Positions 1 to 11,232 of a stretch of DNA of 64,000 nt are shown here, in pieces. The translations under genes and the position numbers were made by a program. How positions within the stretch are numbered: the stretch's first letter is position 1; the number at the start of each line of letters is the position of its first letter. The notes beneath the pieces are model-generated. The model saw only the letters and a list, made by a program, of their open reading frames with translations, was not told the DNA's origin and did not search any database. This DNA is from an uncultured Planctomycetota bacterium (GTDB lineage: Bacteria > Planctomycetota > Planctomycetia > Isosphaerales > Isosphaeraceae): NCBI GenBank assembly GCA_963823665.1, contig CAWGMQ010000007.1, forward strand, positions 288,001 through 352,000. Reading direction: 5' to 3'.

Positions 1-588
1 GCAATTTGAGAAAGTTCTGCGCCGGGCCCCTGCGCGTTACACAGCGTCACGAGCGTCACGGTGTCGAGACAGTCGATACCGAGCGAGTCGACGACCCAAG
101 CCGGCCATTCGGGGGTCCGTTCATACAGTGAGTACTTCCGTTGCCAACCGTACGCTACCCATCCGCCCGCATGCTCAATCGAAAGCACTGCCTCGTGCTG
201 GATCCGAGCGCTTTGGGCAAGCCCGAATGCGCACATGCCTACGGCCAGAACGGCGACAGCCAGTCCGCGTACGCTGCACCTGGCATACCGGCGCCACGAA
301 GGAGGCACGGGCGCGTTATTCAAGGGGACGTCAGTCGACCGAGGAATGCTGGACCTCATCTCGTATCGCCTGGTCGCGTCATTCGGCGACTGTGTGCACG
401 AACTGAGAAAATGGCCGCTCCTGGCGAACTCTGTATAACAGTTCAACGGGCGAGCGCCTAGCTGCGGTGAATGACGTCACATACCCGTTCGCCGGCAGGT
501 CGGGAGTTGCGCTGAAATGTGCCTTTCATGCCACTCAATGGTATAAATCGATCGTGCTGTCGACTCGGGAAGGCGCGGGAGTAAGTGG

Positions 589-753
589 GTGCATGAGTTC
601 AATCCGGAGAAGTGGTCGAGGTTCGTCCGGTTCCCAGCCTTCAACCGCGACTGGGAGCGCCTCGGCTTGGACGAGGACGACCTCCGATCACTTGAACTCA
701 TGATCCTCCAGGAAGAGGGGGTCACAATGAATGAACGGCGCGGCAATAGAACC
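589..753 (+). pseudogene. N-terminal remnant of a RelE/HigB-like toxin, running in frame into the antitoxin
   Basis: RFVRFPAFNRDWERLGLDEDDLRSLELMIL resembles RelE-family N-termini. The expected catalytic C-terminal half is absent, and no stop precedes the antitoxin ATG at 754. Confidence 0.6.
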
Positions 754-1143
754 ATGACCCACGCAAAGAAGCGAAGGTCCGAGCCTCAGCGTTCTCGCGC
801 ACAGAAGCTTTCGCCCGCCGGTGCGCGGATCGTCTCGGCCTTTGAGGAGGCAATCGACGCGATGAGAGGCGGCGAACCATCGGAACGACGGCTTACGGTC
901 CGCACCTACCATGCCGAGTTCGTCCGCCCCGCATATGGCCCCGATGATGTGCGCCGGGTGCGCAGTCTTCTGCGAATGAGCCAGGTCGTCTTCTCGCGGT
1001 TTCTGGGTGTCGAGCCGAACACCGTCCGCTCTTGGGAACAAGGATCCCGCCCTCCCAGCGCGATCGCTCGGCGGTTCATGGGAGAGATTGAAGCGGACCC
1101 GGTGTATTGGCGGAAGCGAGTTGCGAGAAGTCTTGTTGACTAG
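754..1143 (+). CDS. HTH (XRE/HigA-like) antitoxin
   Basis: C-terminal HTH VRRVRSLLRMSQVVFSRFLGVEPNTVRSWEQGSRPP; ATG at 754. Confidence 0.8.
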   Translation: MTHAKKRRSEPQRSRAQKLSPAGARIVSAFEEAIDAMRGGEPSERRLTVRTYHAEFVRPAYGPDDVRRVRSLLRMSQVVFSRFLGVEPNTVRSWEQGSRPPSAIARRFMGEIEADPVYWRKRVARSLVD

Positions 1144-1800
1144 GGCTGGCCTGGCGCGCGTCGCCGCGCAAAAGGGCACGAGGCGCCAGCCACCTTTCAG
1201 GGGATTTCACACTAAAGCGAGGGGCGACCGCCTGGATGCGGGAATCGCGCTGGGCGTTTTTGCCGACTTTTTAGCCGCATCGCGCTCGAACCGGGGGGTT
1301 CGATCGAGTTCGTCGTTGCATCCGTTGCAAGCCGCATAAAAATCCCAGATTTTCTAGTCGGCGAAATGGCCGAATCGCGAAAGTGGACCCATCATATTAG
1401 TAGCTCAATCTCGATCGTCGACACCGGAGTCGGCGCGAGGCACAACACCCATGTCTCTGGAACCGGGAATGAGTGCTTCGTTTGCTCGAGCGCGTGCTCG
1501 AGGATCTCAGCTCGGCCTGACCACGCCTCTGCCGTCGGAAAAACGGCGCCGGACTGCGCTCGCAAAGGGGGATCGGTGCGCGACGAAATCCCCCCGAATT
1601 TTGAGCTGCGCCGAGCGTGGGACAGATCTGGACCACGGTGAGGGTGAGTTTTGTTCGGGAGGGCCGGGCAATCATGGAGCGGGACCGGTGGCGTTATCCT
1701 CTTTGGCTCTCAGCATTTCCGTGCAGCTTCAGGGCGTACCGGCCAGCCATCGGCGCGGGGTCAAGACAGCGAGCAAAATGAGACTTTTTTGGGGTCAAGA

Positions 1801-1829
1801 GTCCCATTTCGTCCCATTTTGTCCCATTC
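1801..1829. repeat. Three tandem copies of a 10-bp unit, GTCCCATTYN
   Basis: gtcccatttc gtcccatttt gtcccattca is seen directly. Confidence 0.75.
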
Positions 1830-2271
1830 ACTTATGTTGATCTAGATCATGCGGAACATGTCTCGAAAGCCGGAGCGAGGAATGTGAAAGGGGAGACCTT
1901 GCACGGGAGAAACTGACCGGAACAAACAGCGGGCGGGAGCAATCGGATCGATGACCGGAGGATGTCGTGAAAGCGTGGCACGTCGACTTGCGTTTTTTTG
2001 TCGAACGATCCTAACTCAGTTCACGTGGCTGGGAATGCGTAACTTGGAATTAGAGTGAAGGTTGGATCACGAAAACACTCATGAACGGTGACTTGACAAC
2101 CTGGCTGAAATGCGCGAACGAACCCGAGCTTCGTCCCGTTGGGGCGGGAGACATGGCCAGGGTGCGGCCGACAGGTGTGTCGGCCCGAGGGTGGCTGGCC
2201 CGCCGTTTTGGGAGGAGCGCGGCCGACGATCGATGCCGCTGGGTTCTCGGAGTCGGAGGGAGTTATCATTC

Positions 2272-2980
2272 GGCCACGTGTTCACAATTAACAAAGAAAT
2301 CGCGCAAAGCCGTATGTAGTGATGTTGCAACCGTATCGATTCAGTGTATGCACTTTTTTTGGACGCTTTTATTGCCGATCGCTGAAACCGGTCGCATATT
2401 ATATGTAGGGCAGAGTTTACGAACGCGCGATGCTGGCGCGATGGGCGGCTCCCCTTTGCTTTCCTATCTTCTCGTCGATCTCTACTCATCGTGAGAATTC
2501 GAGCACCAAGTGCAATCCAGTGCGAGCTAGTGCAATGGGCAAAGAGGCTGAGATCAAAACCGAAACCCAGGCAGGCTTGGCCGTTGCGCGAGACGACTCC
2601 ATCGCCCTGGCGGCTTCGCCGCGCAATCGGTCGAGAGCGGGGTTCGCTGCCCGGAATCAGAACCGGGAGCAACGGCGAAGAGCTTCCGTTTTTGATATCA
2701 TTTGTGATCATTCTGCTCCATGGGGCAAGACGCTGGTGGATCGACCCAAGCCTTTTTCGCATGTCCACTTGCAGAGGGCGGCCGGCCCGGATTCGGGGGA
2801 TGGAGCGCTTCGCCGGCCGCGCCGTGGCGATTTTGGACCAAAGCGACTTGGTCGCGGGCGAGGCTTCGGCCGCGAATTCAGACCATGGCTCGCCATCTCG
2901 ACCGAGCGGGTGCGTTCCCTTAACCCTTGTGGGATAAGGACGCGAGACGAATATACAAAACGAACTGGTCGGTCGGGGTG
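2272..2980 (+). repeat. Dispersed long repeat, copy 1
   Basis: Colinear similarity to 38397-39365, e.g. gtgttcacaattaacaaagaaatcgcgcaaagccgta, gatcgctgaaaccggtcgcatattat, atgggcaaagaggctgaga, tacaaaacgaa..ggtcggtc. Confidence 0.85.
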
Positions 2981-3314
2981 GACGGCTGGACATACGATTC
3001 GCCTGGCACTTGCGTTGGGGAAAATGAATCGCCTTCGGGCGTCGGCCAGCGAACCGCCCGGCCACGCGCGATATTTCTTAACGTGATGCGTCAGTTGATC
3101 GAGCGCACGATGACGCGAGTGCAATCCGGTGGCCGGATCAGAGCCGAAACATGGCGCGCAGCGGCTCGGTGCCGGGGTTGACCTGAAACGAGTTACGTCG
3201 TATGGTACGCACCCACGCGACGGTGCACGAGCCCGTAACGCAGCCGATGATTGTGTCTCATCCGTGTACGATCTATCCAGTTCCAGGTGCAGGATGCGCG
3301 GCCTGGCGTGAGGG

Positions 3315-4271
3315 ATGGAACCCTTGAAGATCGATCGCACGCACATTCTGGTTCTGAACTACAACGGCCGCGCGCTGCTCGAGGAATGCTTGCCAAGCAT
3401 CATCGAGGCGGCTGCGCAAGCGCCCGTTCCGTGTGCTGTCACCGTGGTCGATAACAGCTCGACGGACGGATCGCGCGAGCTGGTGGCGCAGCGCTTTCCG
3501 TCGGTCGGATTCGTGTGCGAACCGAATCACGGCCTGGCGTCGTTCAATCGGGTGCTCGAGCGCTTGCAGGAACCCGTGGTCTTGCTGCTCAACAACGACG
3601 TGAAGCTCGATGCGAAAGCGGTCGGGCCGCTCTTGCGCGTTTTCGAGAGCCATGACGATATTTTCTTTTCCGCTCCATGCTGCTGGACGTTCGACGGCCG
3701 CACCTATGAAGGGATGCGGACGCGGGTGCGCAGCCGGTACGGGCTGATCCAGGGGATGAGCAGGGTGCCAGGATTTGCGGGGGTGATCGACCGCGAGGAC
3801 CTGACGGCCGCGGCCGGGCCGGTGCTGGCGATCGATCGGCGGCGGTTTCTCGACCTGGGTGGGTATGACCCGATTTATTTCCCGGGGCGGATCGAGGACC
3901 TCGACCTGGGATTCCGGTCGTGGATGGCGGGCTATCGCGGCTACTACGTGCCGGAATCGCTGGCGTTCCACAAGGGCTTCGGCACGTTCGAGCCGCGGCT
4001 GGGGAAGGCGGAATGTGACCTTCTGGCGAGCCGCAACACGCTGATCTTCATGTGGAAGAACCTGGGGGGAGCCCGATTGCTGCTTCACTTCCTGTGGCTG
4101 CCGATTCGGCTGGGGGTGTCTTTGCTTCTGGGGCGGCCTGGGTTCGTGCGGGCGTTCTTGGGGGCGCTTTCGCGCATGCGACAGGTGATTGAGGGGCGTC
4201 GAGCGCTTGCGGTCGGGCAGGGGGGATGGACGAGGCGGCAAGAGGCCTTCTTCCGGCGTTTCGAGTGGTGA
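3315..4271 (+). CDS. Glycosyltransferase family 2
   Basis: ILVLNYNG, VVDNSSTDGS, LLLNND and EDLDLGFR motifs. Confidence 0.92.
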   Translation: MEPLKIDRTHILVLNYNGRALLEECLPSIIEAAAQAPVPCAVTVVDNSSTDGSRELVAQRFPSVGFVCEPNHGLASFNRVLERLQEPVVLLLNNDVKLDAKAVGPLLRVFESHDDIFFSAPCCWTFDGRTYEGMRTRVRSRYGLIQGMSRVPGFAGVIDREDLTAAAGPVLAIDRRRFLDLGGYDPIYFPGRIEDLDLGFRSWMAGYRGYYVPESLAFHKGFGTFEPRLGKAECDLLASRNTLIFMWKNLGGARLLLHFLWLPIRLGVSLLLGRPGFVRAFLGALSRMRQVIEGRRALAVGQGGWTRRQEAFFRRFEW

Positions 4272-4324
4272 GTGCTGGAGGCCGACCCACGGACGGGTGG
4301 TCTCGAGGGGCATGGAGGCGTTTG

Positions 4325-5408
4325 ATGGCGGGCCGGGCATTCCACCTTGTGATCGACGCCCGGCCGCGCAGGCGCGCGCGGCCCGCTGGCGACCGAGGTT
4401 GTGCTCGGAAAGAGCGTGCTCGGTCATCTGCTGGAAGTCGCCGACGGAATCGCACCGCCCGAGGAGACGCTGACGATTCACGCGCGCGAGGACGAACACC
4501 CGCGGCTGCGCGAGCTGGCGAGGCGATCGGTGAGCCGAGGCGTGCAACTCGTGTGCGGGCCGCCTCGTGCGGATGCGGCGGTGCTCAAGACGGATTGCTA
4601 CTACGATGCGAAGCGGCTCAGGCGGGTGCTCTTGCGCGGCGGGTCGCCGGAATCGGCGGTGCTGTGGCGGCTGGACCGGCCGGAAACGCTGGCGGTTGCC
4701 GAGGAAGAGCTGCTCAGGCGTCGCACGTACCAGCCGCTGGGAAAGTACTGGGCGTTTCCGCTGGCCGAGCGATTGGCGGAATGGCTCAAGCCGACCGCGG
4801 TGCGGCCCAACGCGGTGACGATCGCCAGTGCGGGCCTCATGTTTTCGGCGGCGGCGATTGCGGCTGGCGGCTTCTCGGGCGCGATCGCCCGCATGTCGAT
4901 GGCGTTTTGCCTGGCGGCGGGTCTGGTGCTCGACACGGCCGACGGGCGGCTGGCGCGACTGCAGGGGACGAGCTCGGCCTTCGGACGATGGCTCGACCAG
5001 GTGCTGGACGAGCTGGTCGACATGGTGTTGCACGCGGCCATCGCCTGGGCGGCCTTTTGCCGCGATGGGCATCCAGGCTGGCTTCTGCTGGGCACCCTCT
5101 ATGCGTCGTCAAAGTATTTGTTTCAGGTTCAGTCGCTGCTGGGCGAGGAGCTTGAAAGCGAGCTGGGACGAACTGCCGCGACCGGCGGATCCGGTCGTCT
5201 AGCCGGCGACACGGCCGGGCTCGCTGTCCGGCTGCGGGAAGGGCTGGCTGCTTTGGTGCATCTGATCGGTCACGCCGATCTGCGGTGGCATCTCTGGATT
5301 GTGCTGGCGCTTCTGGGCCGGCTCGACCTCGCACTCGCAGGCTACGCGGGTTACTTCGCGCTGCGGGCTTCAGGCGGTGCGTTGCGAAAGGGGGTGCGGT
5401 ATGCGTGA
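4325..5408 (+). CDS. CDP-alcohol phosphatidyltransferase family protein with an N-terminal extra domain (probable frameshift near 4370)
   Basis: DTADGRLARLQGTSSAFGRWLDQVLD fits the DGxxAR..G..D..D signature; RPNAVT motif; TM segments. N-terminus MAGRAFHLVIDARPR is in another frame. Confidence 0.85.
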
Positions 5409-6370
5409 GCCGCGCCTTTCTGTCTTGATCGTGGCCAAGAACGAGGCGCATAACCTCGCCGATTGCTTGCGCGGCGAGCTGGGCCGACGAGCGGGTGGTG
5501 GTGGTTGACTCCGCGAGCCGGGACGCCACGCGCGAGATCGCCGAAAAAATGGCGGACGTTGTGATCGTGCGCGCATTCGACGACTTTGCCAGCCAGCGCA
5601 ACTGTGCTCTCGAGGCGGCTTCCGGCGACTGGGTGCTCTCGATCGACGCCGATGAGCGCGCGACGCCGGCCCTGGCCGAGGAGGTGCGGCGGGTGATCGG
5701 CCAGACGACCAATCGCGAGCGCGGATACCGGGTGCCGATCCGGAGCGTGATCCTGGGGCGTCGCTTCGCGTATTCGGGAACGCAGCACGACTTGCCCCTG
5801 CGGCTGTTCCGGCGCGACAGCGGGCGCTGGGTGGGGCTGGTGCATGAGACGGTCGAGCTGGAGGGCGCCTGCGGCACGCTCGAGAACGCACTCGGGCATC
5901 ATACGCTGCCGAACGTGCAGGAGTTTCTGGGCAAGCTCGATCATTACACGACGCTGGAAGCCCGGAGAGCGATCGAGGAGCGGCGCCGGTTCCGGACCAG
6001 CGACGTGACGCTACGACCAGTGTGGACATTCTTGAAGCTTTATCTATTCAAACAAGGATTTCGTGACGGGGTGGAGGGATTCCTCTTCTGCGCGCTTTCT
6101 GGAGTATCGGTGGCGGTGCGGGCGTGGAAGGTTCGCGAGCTCATTGCTCAGGGGAGGGCTGAGGAAAAGCGGGCCGTGTTGGCGAATTTCGAGCTGGAAG
6201 GTTCGGCGTTTTCTGTTGCCCGACGGTTTTGTGACGGCGACGGCCGGGACGGACCCCCCCTGGCCCCCCCTTCTAGAGGGGGGGAAACTTGGCGCAACAT
6301 TCCCGCCGGGAAATCTCCGCTCCCTCCGGTGCATATTTTCAACAGCCCAGCGCAAGGGAGGGCCTCATGA
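5401..6370 (+). CDS. Glycosyltransferase family 2 (WaaE/LgtF-like; frameshift near 5475)
   Basis: MREPRLSVLIVAKNEAHNL, then VVDSASRDAT, WVLSIDADER, VHE and GFRDG. Confidence 0.88.
6146..6363 (+). repeat. 204-bp in-frame insertion with a C7/G7 palindrome, flanked by imperfect 14-bp direct repeats
   Basis: gctcaggggagggc (6146-6159) vs gcgcaagggagggc (6350-6363); hairpin ccccccct-tctag-aggggggg at 6264-6284. Confidence 0.55.
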
Positions 6371-7065
6371 TTGCGGTGCATGAGGCCGTAGTGGGCCGTC
6401 GCTTTGATGCGCACTGCGGGCGATTCAAACGTGAGGTTGCACAGGACGACCCGCGGCTCGAGGCGATTCTGGCGCTACTCGGGCCGCTTGAGGGCCGGCG
6501 GGTGCTGGATCTGGGGTGCGGCAAGGGGCGATTTGCGCGGAGCTTGGTGGCGCTGGGAGCGGAGGTGGTCGGGCTGGACCTCTCCGCGGGGATGCTAGCT
6601 GAAGCGCACGGGCTGTTGAGGGTGCGGGGCTCGGCGCGCCGGCTTCCGTTTGGCGGCGGGAGATTCGACGCGGTGGTGGCGGTCGAGGTTTTCGAGCATC
6701 TGGCGCCTGGGTCGATCGGTCGCGTGTGCGGAGAGGTTCTGCGCGTGCTCGGGCCGGGGGGAACGTTTGTGGTCATCGACAAGAACGCGTGGTCGTGGAA
6801 TGCCCGCCGTCCGTGGCTGCCGAGCCTCGCCGTGAAATGGATCGACGAGCGGCGGGGCCTGTGGATGTACGGGCCGGGGGATCCGGTGCGGGAGCGTTGG
6901 TTCGCTCCGCGGGCGCTCGAGCGGCTGCTGCTGCGGTGGTTTCCCGTGGTGCGAGTGCGGCATCTTCTTTCCCGGGGCGAAGCAGGGCGGTTTCCCTTTC
7001 AGTGGGTGCCGGCTTCGCGGCTCCTCGTACTGTGGGCGGCGACGGCGCCGGGAGGGAAAGCGTGA
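6367..7065 (+). CDS. Class I SAM-dependent methyltransferase
   Basis: VLDLGCGKG, VVGLDLS and FDAVVAVEVFEHL; ATGA overlap with the upstream gene. Confidence 0.92.
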   Translation: MIAVHEAVVGRRFDAHCGRFKREVAQDDPRLEAILALLGPLEGRRVLDLGCGKGRFARSLVALGAEVVGLDLSAGMLAEAHGLLRVRGSARRLPFGGGRFDAVVAVEVFEHLAPGSIGRVCGEVLRVLGPGGTFVVIDKNAWSWNARRPWLPSLAVKWIDERRGLWMYGPGDPVRERWFAPRALERLLLRWFPVVRVRHLLSRGEAGRFPFQWVPASRLLVLWAATAPGGKA

Positions 7066-8561
7066 CCGAGCTATCCTCGCACAAGCTGGCGTCGCTTCCA
7101 CTGCTCTTGTGGAAGACTCCGCCGGGACTGGAGCTGATACTCGCGCAGGAGGGAGTGCCCTTCGAGACCGTGAAAGACCCGCATCCGCTTTCGTTTCGCG
7201 CGGGGCGGTTTGTGCTGTTCGACGGGCAGGCGGTGACGGCCGGGTCGATGCATCCGCTCCTGGGTCCGGCGCATGTTTTGATTGACGTCGACGACTTCCG
7301 GCGCGGGGAGAGCGCCGATCCTTTCGCGGCGATTGTCGATTGCAGCACGGGGATTGGCTCGTGGACCTTTGGCGGTTTCACGGTTTGCGAGCGCGTGGCC
7401 CGGTACGCCAAGGGCTGGCTGAGGCGGCGCTTGATTGGCCGGCTGCGCGACGCGGTGATCGGGGCGGGTGGCGTCTGGATGCGCGTTTCTCCGTTCCCTT
7501 ACCCATATCGCTCGGGTTTCAGTTTCCGGGCCGATCTTGATGAATCGGTGCCTGAGGACTACCACCGGTTTGCCGCCGCGCGGGGAGCGCTTGGGCCGTG
7601 CAGCACGCATTTTGTCAGCACGTATGCCTACACACATCATCAATCGGTGCTGGACGACTTGAAGCGGCATGACACGCAGTCGCACGGACATTTCCATCAC
7701 GTTTATCGCGACGCGGAATTGAATCGGGTGAACCTTGAGCGGGCTCACCGGATCCTGTGCGGCTCCGGGTTTGAGCCGGTGGGGTTTGCCGCACCACACG
7801 GTCGATGGAACGCCAGCCTGGACGGACAGCTCGAGGACCTGGGTTATCTCTACTCCTCGGACTTTCAGATCGGCTACGACGATCTGCCGTTTTATCCGTG
7901 GCGGGGCGACCGATTCTCGCGGGTGCTGCAAGTTCCGGTTCATCCGGTGTGCGAAGGGCTGTTCGTGGAGGCCGGAGTGGAGGAGCCGGAGCTGATTGGC
8001 GAGTATTTCCGCCAGGTGATTTGCTCGCGGCTGGATGCCGGCGAGCTGGCCGTCATTTACGGCCATCCCGAGCGCCGGCTGGGCCGGATGCCCGAGGTCA
8101 TGAAGGCGATCGCCGGCGCGGTCGAGGGGCGGACGCTGGTGTGGCGAGCGTCGTTTTCGGAGCTGGCGCGGTGGTGGCGGTGGCGTGCCGAGCGGCGATG
8201 GCTGGTGATTCCGCGCGAGGACGAGCGCGTCGAGATCCAGTTCGACGAATGGGACACCGAGTATGCACTTGCCGTGGACATTCAGCGCGGCACGTTCCAG
8301 TGTTCGGTACCGGTCACGGGCCCGCGGTTGTCGCTCTGGTCTGCGCGAGCTGGTGTACGAGCGCCGCGAGCCGGGCGAGGATTCTCTGCAATTTCCGGCG
8401 ATCGGGGCTCGGCGCGCTTTCTCTCAAGCGCGCGGTCAAGGCCGCGATCGACTGGGAGACGGTGACGCCGCTCGACCAGATTCCGCGGTCGTCGATTCCC
8501 GAACCGCGTGAAGCGGGGCCTGAGGTGGTGGAAGCTCAAGCGAGCGGGGGTTTATTCATGA
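7062..8561 (+). CDS. Polysaccharide deacetylase (NodB-like) family protein (frameshifts near 8340 and 8505)
   Basis: FRADLD, QSHGHFH, GFAAPHG, YSSDF and YGHP motifs; GTGA and ATGA overlaps with neighbours. Confidence 0.8.
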
Positions 8562-9685
8562 CCCTTTCAGGGACGACAATGGTCGTGGAAGAAGCGGGCT
8601 CGACGGCCGAGTGGCTGGAGGCCCACTGCCGTGGCCCGCTCGCGCCGGGAGACGTGATCCTACATGCGCCTTCGTTCGCCTTTCAGACGCCGGGCGGGGG
8701 CGAGAACCAGTTGATCCAGTCCGGCCGGCACGTGGAAGAGCTGGGAGTTCCGGTGCGACTGTTCTGCGCATGGATGGACCGTCTGGAATGCGCGCGGCTG
8801 CTTCATCTCTTCGGAATGTCGCGCGAGGGGCTCGAGCTGGCGCGGGTGGCCAGGGCACGCGGAATCCCGGTCGTGCTCTCGCCGATCTGCTGGTACGAGC
8901 CGCGCGCGATGGCGGCACTCGAGCCCGAGCCGATGCGCAAGGTCGCGAGCCTGGCGGGCTGGGGGCTGCGGTCGGTCTTGCCGGGAACTCCGAGCTGGCG
9001 ACTCAAGCTTCTCAAGATGGCCGACGCGGTTCTGCCGAACTCCCGGTGCGAGGCGAACCAGCTCATGCGTCTGTTCGGCGTGAGCGCGGAGCGGATTCAC
9101 GTGGTGCCCAACGGGGTGCTGCCGGTCTTTTGCCGGCGCAGCCGGACGAGTTCCATCGCCGATTCGGGGCGTTTCCGTTTGTGCTCTCGGTGGGACGGAT
9201 CGAGCCGCGGAAGAACACGCTGGGGTTGATCGAGGCGGCGCGGCGGCTGGAGCTGCCGATGGTGGTTGCCGGCGAGGCTCCTGCGGGGTTCGATCGATAT
9301 GAGGCAGTCTGCCGGCGTGCCGCGGGCGATCGAACGATCTGGCTGGGGCGGCTCGAGCATGACGATCCACTGCTGGCCTCGGCATACGCGGCGGCGCGGG
9401 TCTTTGCACTGCCTTCGTGGTTCGAGACGCCGGGACTGGCCGCGCTCGAGGCGGCGCTCGGCGGGCTGTGCGTTGGTGATCACGCCGTACGGGGCCACGC
9501 GGGAGTACTTCGGCGATTTCGTCCAGTACGCACGGCCTGGCCGGCCAGGCGAGATTGAGCGGGCGCTCGAGACGTGCTGGGAAAACGGTGCGCATCCCGG
9601 TCTGGCGAAGTGGGTCGAGTCGCGATACCTTTGGCCGCGGGTGGGCCAGATGATAGCGGAGGTTTATGAAGCGGTTGGCCGCTAG
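8558..9685 (+). CDS. Glycosyltransferase family 4 (frameshifts near 9130 and 9462)
   Basis: GGGENQ, IHVVPNGV, VLSVGRIEPRKN and PSWFETPGLAALEAAL across three frames. Confidence 0.88.
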
Positions 9686-11018
9686 TCCCAAGCCTGTTCG
9701 CACTGGACGGTACCGCTACAGCAAGCTGCGGTGGCGCGTGCTGGTCCACGCGTTCGACTTCTTCGGAAGTCTGGCGATGGCGATCGTCCGCAGATTCTGG
9801 CAGGCAGGACCGTTTGAGCGGCCGCGGCGGATTGTTCTGGTGCAGCTCGACCATCTGGGTGACGCGGTGCTCTCGACGCCCTTGATCGCCGAGCTGCGGG
9901 CTGCGTACCCCGAGGCGACGATCGACGTGCTGGCCTCGCCCAGCAATCACGAGGTGTTCGAGGGCGACCCGAACGTCAATCGGGTGCACGTGGCCGAGCG
10001 AACCTGGTTCGAGCGAAGTCCGGAGCGCTGGGGGCTGATCACGGCGGTGTGGGGCCTGGGCCGGTCGCTGCGGGAGCACCGATACGACCTGGGGATCGAC
10101 GTGCGCGGCGACGTGCTTTCGGTGCTGGTGCTTGCGCTGGCGCGAGTTCCGCGGCGGGTGGGCTGGTCGATGGGGGGCGGATCGTTCTTGCTCACGGACA
10201 TCACCGCGTGGAAACCAGGGCGGCACGAGGTGCGCTCGCGGCTGGCGCTCCTGGGAAGACTGGGAATCATCCCCGATGAGCGCGCCCGGGTGGACGTGAC
10301 GGTGCGTGACGAGGACCGTATCGCGATCGCGCGGCGGCTCGCCGAAGCCTGGCCGCGGCGGATGGTGCGGCGCTCGGAGGCGTTCGTGCGCGTGGCCGGG
10401 CGCGAGCGCGGCTCTCTGGCACGTGCGGCGCGAGTCTGGTCGTCGACCGATTCGATTGCCGAGGAGCCCGACTGGCTGCACGCCGATCGCTTTTCGGCTC
10501 TTCCGCCGCTCCTGGCCGTTCACCTGGGTGCCGGAAATGCGGCGAAGCGGTGGCCGGCGCGGGCGTGGAAGCTGCTGGTGGAGCGTTTTCTCGCGACTGG
10601 CTGGCGGGTGGTGGTCGTCGGTGGGATTGATGACATCCCGCTTTCGAGCTTGCTCGAGCCGCATGAATGGCTGCGCGACTGGACGGGCAGCATGACCGTG
10701 GCGCAGACGACCGCCTTCCTCGAGCGGGCTGATCTCTTCATCGGCGCCGACTCGGGCCCAGCCCACCTGGCGGCCTCGGCGGGCACGCTCTCGGTGATCC
10801 TGTTCAGCGGGACCAATCAGGCGAGGCAATGGCGGCCGTGGTCGCGGCATTCGCTGGTCATGCGGCATCGGGTTTCTTGCCACCCATGTCACCAGAAGGT
10901 CTGTCCGCTCGAAGGCCATCCCTGCATGGCGGGGCTGCATCCGGACCGGGTTTATCGAGGGGCGATGCGGTGGTGGAAGCGCACGCACCGGGCGGAGTCA
11001 CCACATGCGCCGTTGTAA
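9666..11018 (+). CDS. Glycosyltransferase family 9 (heptosyltransferase-like)
   Basis: LDHLGDAVLSTP, GAGNAAKRWP and FIGADSGPAHLA motifs. Confidence 0.92.
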   Translation: MKRLAASPKPVRTGRYRYSKLRWRVLVHAFDFFGSLAMAIVRRFWQAGPFERPRRIVLVQLDHLGDAVLSTPLIAELRAAYPEATIDVLASPSNHEVFEGDPNVNRVHVAERTWFERSPERWGLITAVWGLGRSLREHRYDLGIDVRGDVLSVLVLALARVPRRVGWSMGGGSFLLTDITAWKPGRHEVRSRLALLGRLGIIPDERARVDVTVRDEDRIAIARRLAEAWPRRMVRRSEAFVRVAGRERGSLARAARVWSSTDSIAEEPDWLHADRFSALPPLLAVHLGAGNAAKRWPARAWKLLVERFLATGWRVVVVGGIDDIPLSSLLEPHEWLRDWTGSMTVAQTTAFLERADLFIGADSGPAHLAASAGTLSVILFSGTNQARQWRPWSRHSLVMRHRVSCHPCHQKVCPLEGHPCMAGLHPDRVYRGAMRWWKRTHRAESPHAPL

Positions 11019-11232
11019 GGACGTGGATTGGCGGGGGTGGGTCACCCTGGCGTGGGTGATCTTCTGGGGCGGCGTGTATTGCAACATGGCGGTTCGGGCG
11101 CGCGGCCAGCGCGTGCTGGACTGGTTCAGGCCGCGGCAGGCTCAGGTCTCGAAGCTGGCTACCATGAGCGGACAAGATCGGGAGTCAGAAGATCGGCTCG
11201 CGGCGCCTTCTGGATCGACAGCTCGTCAATGA
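11005..11232 (+). CDS. Small membrane protein (hypothetical)
   Basis: Overlaps the GT9 stop; one aromatic hydrophobic helix WRGWVTLAWVIFWGGVY. Confidence 0.45.
   Translation: MRRCKDVDWRGWVTLAWVIFWGGVYCNMAVRARGQRVLDWFRPRQAQVSKLATMSGQDRESEDRLAAPSGSTARQ

Noticed and set aside
2430..3086. Protein-coding gene within the long repeat
   Set aside because: The frame is not kept through copy 2 and the product is Arg/Gly-rich without a domain. It is not called as a CDS, although a short peptide cannot be excluded.
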